The notes beneath the pieces are model-generated. The model did not search any database. It was not told where the DNA came from and saw nothing but the letters and a program-made list of their open reading frames with translations. From Setoptus koraiensis (lineage: Eukaryota; Animalia; Arthropoda): 64,000 nt of DNA. The stretch spans positions 6,324,001 to 6,388,000 of the forward strand of contig CM106586.1 in NCBI GenBank assembly GCA_048013815.1, given 5' to 3'. Positions 34,812 to 46,684 of this stretch are shown here, piece by piece (the first letter of the stretch is position 1; the number at the start of each line of letters is the position of its first letter). Both the position numbers and the translations under genes were made by a program.

Positions 34812-35407
34812 CTAATGACAACTCTCTATGGCTTCCAACTCAGTATAGGCTCTATAGAAGATAAAGTATCCAACTGCGGTACCAGATATTATCGCGGATA
34901 TTATACAAACATTGTAGGTCATGACTGCCAACATTAGTAAGTAACTGATAATTGTTTGTAAGATATGTAAGCTTGTTTGCAATAATCTATAGTCTTTAGT
35001 GTGTTTTCTTCCCACTTGACAAGGCATTACCATGGGATCGCCTCCTCCGCTCACTGGATGTAAAATTGTTCCTTGGTGATTTGAACAGTTGTCGCCAACA
35101 ATTGATGTACCGTTAGTGTGTAGACTGCTGTTTGGGCTCTTATTTGCTGGATCACAACCACATCTGACACTTCGGTAAAATTTAATAAATTCATATAAAA
35201 TGCTCAGCACGAATAAGGCCAAACAAGATAGGGTTAGGGCTATTGTGATAGAGATAGTAAATGGACAGAGATTCATTCGATTAGTTGATGAGAGCAAAAT
35301 AAATCGATGCGTATAATCTGATGATACTTACACATAGAACTGTCTAGGATAAGGTCTTTGAACAAGAGGTGGCCCTCAAGACCAAAATGGAAGAACATTT
35401 TCATCAT
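34812..35407 (-). CDS. Ctr-family (SLC31) copper transporter; exons 35407-35332 and 35239-34812
   Basis: MKMFFHFG..LLF N-terminal motif, LYEFIK, TM2 MxxxM (LMLAVMTYN), GxxxG (GTAVG) and C-terminal SCH. The phase-1 GT-AG intron restores the frame. Confidence 0.93.
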
Positions 35408-38400
35408 GATGGCAAGAAAATTGCAGACTGTTAAAGGGGAGTTTATCAAAACAACAAACACAATAGGGAGAAAATAAATAGTTATGGTGATATATTTGGC
35501 TAACAGCTACTTTTGTATCGCTACGTGTTATCTAAAGGGTGTTTCATTCCAAATGGAGTTTAGAACTAAAAAGGCTACGGCTGCCCTCCACAGTGCTTTT
35601 TTTGTACATACTGTGTTTTGTGTGATACCATCAGCTAGTATTGTTTGTGGTGGCTCATTCAATGTGGCTCATTTAGTCATTTCCTCATGGCTCAATAATG
35701 ATAATTGTTGCATTTGTAATTGTCATCACTATTGTTATCCAAAACGACTGGAATATCTATCACCATTAATGTCAATGTCTGACTACACTGAGTTGTAGTT
35801 TCGATCACGATCCTATGATATACATTTAGATTTTGTTGTTGCAGTGCACATTGTTGTGTGGTTGTATAAATCGCATCTAATTTGCGAGTGTCTTAATAAT
35901 AATAGTAATAATATAGCCTCAGTGTGTCAGTGAAGCGACACAAACAAACCATCCGAATGAAATAAAAATGAATGATCCATATTGTCCGTCATATGTTCGC
36001 CCTGTGGAAAGACTCAGCACCTAGATGGCGCCACAAGATTGGAATGCCGGCATGGGAACGCCATCGAACAGTTTACAGTAGATTAACTGTTTTTTTGACC
36101 GACAGCAGACCGTTAGAATATCCTAGTTTTTGTTTGTTTGAAGTTTGTATTAAGTTTTAGTTATACCATGTGTGTGTGTGTGTGTGTGTAATCTCTGTTG
36201 ATCTATCACTGGTCAAATGACGGCCATATTTGTTGGCTCCAGACCACGACTTGAGGCTCCACACCATGATGATTGTGATAGACAAGGCGAACAAAAACCA
36301 ATATCACTCAATCTCAATTTTGCTGGCGCCACTTCTATCTAGCATTAGATTAGTATTCTAAGATCTAAGGACCACCAATCAAGAACGAGCCTAGTGATGA
36401 ACAAGTGCATCACCACTAGTGGACAAGTGCTGATGATGGATCCATTTCTTGGCTCGTTGTGGCTTTTCATTGCAATTGGGCTTGATGAAAGTATGCGACA
36501 CTCAGAAAAGTGTTAATGTTACGTTCATATTAACACCAACACTACTTCACTAGCACTTACACTCACTGTAATTGAGTTCTCGCACTGATTTAATTACAAA
36601 AAAAAAGAAATCCCAAATCAAGAGATCAAGCCAAGAGAATTTAGATATGCATGGCACTGATTTGAGTTGCAGGGTATGCCATGATTATCTTCAGCATCGT
36701 GAGATGAGCATAAAAGTTAAGTGTTAATATGGTCACCTTTGCAACATTGGCTTTTATTCAGATATAGATATGATAACAGGCTAGCCGAATACGAATATAT
36801 TACAGATTAGATTGAGCATATAAGCATAAGTGGACTAGAGTGATCGCCATTGAGCCAGTGATTGGGCATGACCACCAGTGGTGACATTACGAACATTGTT
36901 CAAGTTGGTTGTTATTGAACCAATCAGAGATTGAGCCATAATAAATCAACATTGAATCACTAAACTCGAATGTATATTGCTTCAGTATATTGGTTATATT
37001 GAAATATAAAACTATAAAGAGAAAATATACACCATTTAGTGGCGCTCTCCACTTGTAAGCTGTTGTAACTTGCACTTGGTTGGTTCAACTTTTGGACCAC
37101 ACGCACATACGCGAACACTTCGGCTAGCAAGTGCAGAGATTTTCGTCGATTTAAATCAATAAAATGATTATAGAATGCAGATTGGCTGCTCTCACACTCT
37201 CTTGCTTAAGACACTTTGAACAATAAAAGCTGTTAGCTCTGAAAGTGGATCTCTTCATCTGGAGTTAAGACTGAGAAGTCCCGGCTAGATGTCTCTCTTT
37301 GTCCAACTGCTAAGTGCTACTTGAATAACAACAACAACAATAACAACAAATATCCAGTAGCATCTGTCATGCTTTTTACGATGGGCAGCTACTAATTGGG
37401 TGGCACAATTATGAGAGCGTGGTATTATGCAAATAAATCATCTAGTTACATGATGAGCACGCAATTGTATCTGTCGCATTTGCCTGAAACGCAATTGTAT
37501 GCAGGCCTATAAGAGATGAACCGGCTTAAAATATCACCAGCAATATGTATCTATATAATTAGAGATGGCCATTAAGATAGCGCTACTAAGAGCACTTCTG
37601 CAACTATGCTACGAGATACTGATGTAAATGAGCTGACACAAACGAACGAATGTATCACGACATTTCTTTTATTATTATCCCTGTGACCAATTTAGCGCAA
37701 CATTAGCTCATATATCTTGATACCCGCACCATCGCTTTATAGTTTTGCTCTACGTACATACTTGGTGTATATGTTGCATAAAAGAATCTTCTTTTCAAGT
37801 TCGACACGGATAAAATATCTCAAGTAAGAGCCACAAGTTGTTGCATGGGGTCCGAGAGAAAGATATATATATAAAGCATGTTGATAGTGTGTAATTTGTT
37901 TGCGCGCTATCATTAATCAGATGAGTTCGTGCATCATTTGATTTGTTTTCATCTAATTCTATTTGTCGAACATAAACACACACATACATTCTGGTTCTCT
38001 TGTCCAAAAGCGATTCGTTTTCTCTTTCGATGGTGTAGCCATTGTGATTGTGCTTCTTCTTTTCATTTCATTTCGTTCCACTGAATATTGAAACTGTGTG
38101 GCCATCATTACTATGGTTAATCCTCTCAATTCTTGCCAGTTTAACCGTTGAATTTAGACATCGCTCTTCTCTCATCTTCTTCACACTAATCAACAACAAG
38201 AGCCGACGACGAACGAGACTAACGACGTTGGTGGCCACCGGCCAAAACATCAGCAGCATCCATTCCACGTTCTTTTTATTTTCCGCGATGCACGTACAAA
38301 CCAATGCCCAATAGCGGCAACATCGCCAACAACGCCAGCCCTGACACAACAGATGATGATGATGGTCATCGTATCTCGAAATCATCCATCGTTAGCTTAG

Positions 38401-41400
38401 TTGGCCGCTGTCATTCTATGGCAGCGGCAAAATATCCGTTTGCGTGGTCAGCGCCGCGAGACAAAGTGTACAAAATTGAGAAGAAGATGCAAAAGATTGC
38501 CCGTTGTTGCACATTGGCGCTGCTGCTGTTATTATTATTATTATTATTAAGTTTACTGGCATCGGCATTGGAACATTACACTTCAAAACAGCATAATGTT
38601 GGGATTTGCTCTGGATCAAATGGGACGAGAAGAAGCGATGCAATGGATTGCGAAGCTACGGAGCTCAGGACGGGACCAGGCCTGAGCAATCTGATCAGAT
38701 CAGATTAGACAAAATGATGAGCAAACTTATTTGCTCGTCGTTTCTCTTTTTACGCTTTCTCTCTCGCAAACACACACACTGTTTGCCGAGGATTACATCT
38801 GATTCTTCAAAATTGTCAGTTGATGTCTAACTTAATCGCACCACCGCCAGATCCAGAGACAGACACAAACACAAACTGCAGTGTGCAGTAACAAAACTCA
38901 TGTACATCATGATATATTATCATATCAGAACAATAATAGATGCTGGGCGCGATTATGACCAGGCTCAAGGTCCACCTCAAATGTTATGCGTGGTGTATTG
39001 CGTCTGACAGGTTCTTTCTCTCTTTCTTCTCTAAACAACTTGCTGCTGATGTACATGTGTGCTGCTGATAATTGATCATTATATCCAGTGGGTCTCAATT
39101 GTTTCGTTGTGCGCCAACAACCAGCCAGCAACCTACCACTAAGCATCGACAACCAACCAACCAACAACCAGCAGCAACAGGTAACCTCAACATGGCGCGT
39201 AATGATCATCATGACGCTTGACCACTGATGAATCATTGGCGCAGCAGGTGCCAGGCGTAGACGAATTAGTTTAGCATTTTCTGATTGGCCGTCATCATTT
39301 TGCGTTTCGAGTGACGACGAACCAGCTTGTTGTTCAACGGATCATTATCGTTACTTTTTGTCTAAGCGGGCAACAATCTGTGAAGGTTGAACTGGCCAAC
39401 TGAACACTAACGACGACGGATAGTGGGAGAACTTTATTTATTACATTTATATATGAATAGAGCAGACAATGTAGATAAATCAAGGAGGAGATAGAGTATA
39501 GATATATCTGAGACTTTATTAGCGGATGAGTGAACAGCTATTGCGGCCTATTGCAAAGCTATTGTGTGCTGCGGTTGCTGCCGCCGTTGGCCGGTGGATG
39601 TCGGATCAACAGAGCAAAGTTTTCAAACTTTGCAAAGTAAGACAACAACAACGACAACCCATTCGGACAATGTACATTCCAGAAGCTTATTTATAAGTCT
39701 GATCTATCAGTAGTATAAAATCTATAACTTAGATTCTTTGGATAGAATAGAGGCGCGTTGGCGCGCAAATGCATCTATTATAAGGCTTCTATTATTGTAT
39801 GTTGGTCGGTTTTGAAAATGTGCTCGCATGTCATGGACAACATGATGGACGTAGCCGGTTGTCACTAATGTATAGACTACACACATGGTTTGTCATTAAC
39901 GATATTGGTCGTCAAAATAAAGAAACGACGCCACACACTGATTGTGTGGCGTCGGTGATGGCGAAAACTGTTGCCAGCAAAACTGTTTCACCATCACAAA
40001 CTCAAGATAATTCTATCTGATCAATGCACGGTGGTGGTCAGTGAGTTTTTGGTTTAGACAAAAAGGAATTATAACTTTCCGCTTCTGGCTAAAACTAGTG
40101 CACCCACCAGCGATGACTGGGTGATGACTGAAAATGGTGCCGCTATTGTTTGTTTTTAGACGCGTTCCGTCCAATAATACACACGAGCGATGCACATTCT
40201 TTCTTTACTTCCTTCCTTCCTTTCTTATTTCCATCCAGTTGCTGTTGATACTGGCACTATTGTTGTTTGCACCTTATGGATGCCATATGCTGATGAATAA
40301 TGTTGCTTTGTTAGTTCGTTGGTTCGTTCGTTTATCAGTCCGTTGTCGTTTGTGCCCGCCGATCACTTAGCCTTAATTTAGCATAAGTGTGTAATCCACT
40401 GCCGCCATTTCTAGACGAAAGACGAAAAAATAAGATGATGCGACCCCGATGACCAATACGTAGAAAATGCGAGCACAATTCTTGTCGCCACAATCTCAAA
40501 CGAATCAACGAGGTTAGTAATAATAGATAGACCTATTAGATTCTTGTAGGCAGCAAAAGCTCTGCCAACAATCTAATAGGTTCTACAACAAATCAGGCAT
40601 GCTTAATGACATGACGCTCAAAGCTCATTTGCATAAACAGCGACCATAGAAACACACACCAGAGGTCAGACACCAGAGAGTAAACGACAGACCGAACGCA
40701 CACATTTGTAAAAAAACCAATCGGATTAATTTGACATTGTGTGCCGGTTTCGGTTTGGGCGAATGGTTTGTTCGGCAGTAGCAGCGCCATTATATCGGTG
40801 ACAAGGGTGGCGGGCTGGTTTACGGCTAAAGCCAAAGAGCATTATAATAATAATGAGATTTGACCTCAATAATAATAAGTGTAAATTCTTAAATGGTAGC
40901 TCACACAATGGTGCCAATGCCACAATGATATGCGATTTATATGCATTATAACACTATACGATATGTCAATTCAACTTGAACGGTGCGTTCCTCTGATGTG
41001 ACAACATCATTTAGTTGTATGTATAAACAAACTGTTGCTACTATTAAATTGTGAAACTTTCCGATCAGTAATGTGCATGTATCATTAGTATCAACTACGG
41101 ACTTATACGCACACACACACACACAAAAGCAGATTATACGGCACTATCGTTTTCCTTTATTGATCACCTCGGATGATTTTTTATATGCAAATTCCAAACT
41201 AAGTTAGTTGTATCGCTATGCTTGTGCTCTCCGATTTCAACTGAAATAGTCACCAAACTATTCTCGTGTCCCGTTTCACTGACCAAGGTCACCTGTCGAG
41301 CTTACAATGCCAATTAAGTGGCGGGCACGGCAACTTGAAAGAGACACATATCTGACTTTATAGATAACGATGACTTTGGCAACCATCATCTCGCCATGTT

Positions 41401-42597
41401 ACCTGATGAGCAGACTAGTTATTGCGCGCTCAGTCCAGGTTAATCTCACAAATAGACTCGTAAGTTTGTGTCAGGGCTAATAAAGGAGGCGCTGCAAAAA
41501 GGAGCCTCTCGACATAATTAGATAACGTATGTCTCACACACAGATTTTCGCGCAGTCCATCGCACAATCTGACAGGTGTGCGGGTCCCCCTACACCTGTC
41601 CGGTTGTTACTAAAAAAGTGCGCATTCTTGTCACAATTTATGCCTAATGTGTGTTCTCTTTCTCGACCGTCCTCCCCAAGATTGATTTTCAATCGTTGGT
41701 CTCTATCGATCAATCTTCCTCTTGGTGGGTCTCAGGTTGTCTTGTTGCAGTCACCGAAACTAACAACAAGCCGCCGCGGCAGCAACAACTAGTACGTGGG
41801 TGCGCCACAAATCAAACATGGTCGTCTCGTTTGTCGCGTTTCGAATGTTTGCTCGACGAATAAAATTCTTTGATCCGTTCCATTTCTTTATTTGATGTTT
41901 CTGTCGAAATCAACACAGGCCAGCTTTTGACAGTTGCGGTGGTCCAATGTATCTTCATACTGCATTTACAGCCAACACTCTTAATGGTCATGGTCTGGCT
42001 CTGGCTCTGGGCAATGATGAATCGCCATTGTCAGATGGATCGGCGTCTGGTGATTGGACTGGTCGACTATCTCTGGTCATAATCACACCTCTACTCTGCG
42101 TGTGTTTGTGTGTTCCAGCGGGTGATAAAGTGACCTATTGGTTGCATTGTTTTTGAGTGTCCAATAAAATGTCGATTGCACCAATCCGACTGCGCATCTC
42201 ATGGCGGCCAATGGCAGCTTGTTGAGTATAAATGTTGAGTGGTGGTTATAGTGACCAGGTGGAGGGTCAACTATCGTTTGTAAGATCGGCGGTCATTATA
42301 TGAATTGGAGCACAACAACAAATGGGGTGGCCTGGTCTGCTGATTGATGGTATATACCTGGTGTGGTTGGCATGTATAATTGCACGCTCAACAACAGTTT
42401 CATTATCTCAAAAGCAGCATTGGGTGCGCCGGCGGCACATTAACTGCAGTTGCGGTGCGAACCAGAGCGAAAAAAAGAGCAGCTGACACCCGAACAACGA
42501 CTGTTGCCTGCTCGCTCTGATGCGAACGCTTCGTGCACCCACTCGAGCATGCACCACGCACCACGAACCATGCACCATGTGCCAGAGTGTGTCTGGT

Positions 42598-42660
42598 CTG
42601 GGTTTTTGCTTGCGCCGGGTTTCTCTCGCGCCGGGTTTCTCTTGGGCCGGGTTTTTCTTG
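42598..42660. repeat. About 15-16-bp imperfect tandem repeat with a GGGTTTYT core (CCGGGTTT in three of four units)
   Basis: ctgggtttttgct tgcgccgggtttctc tcgcgccgggtttctc ttgggccgggtttttc. Confidence 0.8.
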
Positions 42661-43154
42661 GAACACTGGCGATCAATGTCAGTCAATGCGAGTTTGAGCG
42701 ACCCATAGGTGCCAGTGGTGGCACTGACGAGATTGCGTTTCCGATAGTTGCAAATAGCAGTGTGTCTGTGTGATTGTGTTTGTCGTTTGGGCATACTGAC
42801 TTTTCTCTTCACACTACAACTCCCATATCTTTTTTTCTAATATATCATCCAGGATAGTTGATTGTTAAGATAGACTCGTCACATTTAACAAGAATATACG
42901 CAACTATTGAACGTTGTCACCATAGTTATATCAAGCCTCCACTCTGGTCTCTGGTGGTGGCTCAATAGGTGTACTGTTTGTATGCACTGTTGTTGCCTCT
43001 GCAGTCTCGCCGTTCGTTGTGGCCGGTTGCTCTTTCGATTTCTTATATCGTTTCGCTGACTTGGTGCCACCCTTCTCGATCAAACTATGACAAAAATCAG
43101 CATTTACACGGATATAATGCCCATCATATAAAACACATGCGCGTACACAACCAT

Positions 43155-43560
43155 TTAATCGTGATATGTGTGATTTGTATTAGTGGAGCCTCTCTTGATT
43201 CCCTTAATCATCTTTCGATTTTTGATCAAAAACTCTTTTTGTTCACTACCCATTGAAGTAGCTAGATTTGCCCAGTGCGACTGGCCATGAATTACACAAT
43301 TGGCATCACTATCTCGGCAGGCCACCATGAAAAGAGGCAAACATTCGCTTGGTTTCAATTGTTTATTGCTGGGATTATGCAAGATGTTCTCGCCTTGATT
43401 GTCGTAAATAAATAAATCGTCCAGTTTTATGCGTTCCTTTTGCACGCCCGATGGAGCAACAAGAATCTTATTGTTTGCCCTGATTGATAAACCGCCGCCT
43501 GTCCCCGTGACCCATCCCAAGAGGGAAAATTCTTAACTTACAAGTTAGTTATTTTTTCTA
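43155..43560 (-). pseudogene. APIP: Truncated methylthioribulose-1-phosphate dehydratase (APIP/MtnB) fragment
   Basis: LGWVTGTGGGLSI, APSGVQKERI, KPSECLPLF and IKGIK match APIP. The HTHS zinc motif reads HGQS, there is an upstream in-frame stop, and the C-terminal third is absent. Confidence 0.85.
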
Positions 43561-43858
43561 ATTAGGCAATCGCTCCAATCAAGCCCCTCTATCAAGGCAA
43601 CACAATCAGCGATTATGCTCACTGGAGTTGTTTGTTATTATGCTGGCTCGGCAAAAGCGCCAATTGTTGTTGGGCGATGCAAAGTGATTGAAATTTTCAG
43701 TGAAAAACAACAACACCCATACAATGATACAATGTGGATATGGAAAGTAAACTGGTTGCGCTCATGCATAGAGCGATACAGTTATAAAGTTTGCTCTTTT
43801 GCTGCATCCATCGCTCACTGAAACCGTAAAACCCAGAATCAGCGCAAATGATACCCGA

Positions 43859-43861
<3 letters not shown>

Positions 43862-43895
<34 letters not shown>
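43862..43895. repeat. (GT)17 microsatellite
   Basis: Read directly. Similar tracts lie near 36170, 45144 and 45497-45524. Confidence 0.95.
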
Positions 43896-43896
<1 letters not shown>

Positions 43897-44291
43897 TGTC
43901 TGGACCACCCCAACGAGATGATGAGGACCACAGATTACAAAGTTGACCAGAGTGTGTGCCCATGGCCAAAGTCACGGGCATAAAATGTGTAGCGTTAGTG
44001 CACTGTTAGTGTATCGTTACTAACGTCGGAGACACTAACAAGGATTAGCGGCGGCACATCTACAGGTGGCGCGCATTGGTCGGCCATTGTTGGTGGTGGC
44101 CCGGCGAATTATTTTCGTCTCTAGAAATATCCACACTAGTTTAGGCATAATAGAGAGAGCCGTTGTTCCTTTGATTCACCTTGTTGTGCGTGTGCGCGTC
44201 GAAGCCGTCGTCGAAGCGTTCGCTGTGTGTGTGTGTTTGTTGTCTGAATGCGATACAATGATTTAGGCGCACACACACACACAATCATTAC

Positions 44292-44498
44292 CAATATAGA
44301 AGATGAAGATGTATGAGAATAATAGGGAGCCGTTCTCAAAATGGGTTCTCCTTCTATCCATTGTGTGCTGGTTCCAGTAATATTATTGTTGGTTGCCACC
44401 ACCATAGACGAATTCCCCCCTCTGGGGCTTGTGCGCGTGTTTATAAGAAGATTGTTATTGTTGTTGTTGTTGTTCTTCTTTGCTGCACACTGTGCCAC
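44292..44498 (-). CDS. Possible first exon of an unidentified gene divergent from ptc
   Basis: ATG-initiated Asn/Ser-rich frame (MAQCAAKKNNNN...SSSSIL) followed by a GTAATG donor. No downstream exon identified. Confidence 0.2.
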
Positions 44499-45496
44499 TA
44501 TGGGCTACACGCACGCACACTTGTGCTGGTGTATAACTTGTACGCTATAAGCCTGACAGTATAAGGCGCGTATAATGTGCGCCTTCTACGGCAATTCCAA
44601 GAAGACAATTTATTTACTCAGATTGGCTTGCACAAAAGCGAACACTATTTGTGATGTCTCTATTAACCTTACCTATCAACCAACCAAAGCGGCATCTCAA
44701 CTGGCGATGGCGCTCGCTGGCCGGCATGATCCGAGCTGAATAATTTGAGCTAGACAGATTTTGGCGTATTTGGTCTGCCACTGACACTGCTCTGTTGTGG
44801 AGCCAGCACTAATGAACAGAGAAGCTCTAGGTGTTCTCTTGTGCTCATGGCTGGGTGCTGGCACTTGCACTGTGTGTTGGTCAGTCGGTCAGCCTGTTCT
44901 GTTCTCACAATGCTCACTATACTCACCATGGTCACCACAGCCCGCTGCACCATTCTGCTCGCCCATGGCTCAACTTGCTCGTCATTCTGTTCGGCTCGGC
45001 GTGTGTACCGAGAGACGTGCACTGGAGCTGTGTACTAATAGAGCGCACAAACCAATGGCGATCGCAGAGGCGGAACACACACCGGCCCATGGAGCAACAG
45101 GCGACCAGGGTGATTGCGCCCGTCAAAATTCGATGCTCAACTAGTGTGTGTGTGTGTGTGTGCGCCGGCCCAGTGCGCGCAGGCCGGCAAACGCCGACGG
45201 GACCATGGTAGCGGCCGCGCTAACATCTCAATCGGTGGCCATCCTCGCGAGTCGCGACTCACGAATTGAGTTGAATGGTCAACACACACACACACATACA
45301 CGCACAGTTGAGGCAACGGCTCAATCATGGCACCACCACTGGTCGCACACACACACACAAATGGCCAAAGTAGCGTGTACACTCATGCGCACGCACTATG
45401 CACGAATGGGCGAAAAGGTTCTCTTGTGCACTAGTGAGTGTGTCCAACAAAACCAACACACCAACGAAGCGACAGCCTGGGTCTCCCCAACGCTAA

Positions 45497-45529
<33 letters not shown>

Positions 45530-46684
45530 GGCTCAAGCGGCATCGTTCTACAGATAATCTAGGTTGTATAGTTGTTGGTTGCAACCAGCGCGCACACACA
45601 TTTCGGGCTGAGGCTAAGGCTCATGCTAGCAGAGTGCTGTTAGTACGCTTGAGCTATAGTCAATATAGAATAGTGGACAGCAACAAAAGTGCATCACCAC
45701 TGCAAACAAATTCCATTCTGATTGCCGTGTGTGTGTGTGATGGTGCGAACAACCAACTATAGATAGCAGTTAAGCAATAGCATCGTACTAGTGCACATGC
45801 AGCTATTCTTTGGCCAGTGTTGCGGCTGCTGATGAAGACGCAACTAGATTCGACAACGACGACGACTCACACATTCGATTTATCTCCGCACAGCGCGACT
45901 AGACACAACAAGACTCACACAGTCGAACTTACACACACACTCACACTCACACACACACACAACAGGACAACAAGCAGCACCCACAGCAGCGAAGAGAGTG
46001 CAAACTAGCTTAAAAGTGGCCAACATCACCCATTGGTCATCAGCATTTCAGCACACAACAACAAGTTCCGAGTGGAGCCAAGTGGCAAGAACTGAAGCAT
46101 CCGAGGACTCAACAGCTCGACAGAGAAATAAACTGAGAGAAATAAAACAAGAATAAAGCAAGACGCCAAGAACAAGAAAATAAGAACAAGAAGTGCACAC
46201 CACGAAGACACAATAGCCGACAATTTTATTATACAAGCTGCAGCAATATGTGATGACGATACACGAATAGAACGTCGACTCAAATGTTTCCCTAGAGGAA
46301 GTCGTATTATCACTCGTACTACCACAATTGTAATTATCAAATCACAATGCGTTACACTAACAGAGAGACGACAAGTATTATATTATTTTTCCATCAAACA
46401 CTCAGTGATCTCTATATGCCCACCATCACCACCACCACAAACAGCCACCATACCAATGTGACACATTACAGCCAACGATGAATTGATGCAAGCATTATCC
46501 CAACATTATCACTATTACATCGACAACGACAGTCACAAACACAAATACAACTCAAACAGATACAATACGAGCCCATTATTAATTTATTGTCACAATTATC
46601 ACATTGCGCACCCACACACGTTACCTCATCCATCGAATAGACTTATGACTGCAGTAGCAACAGTACGAGAGCATTAACAGCAAA

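Noticed and set aside
38304-38708. 134-aa ORF with a poly-Leu signal-like stretch
   Set aside because: The hydrophobic run comes from a (TTA)n microsatellite; no other support.
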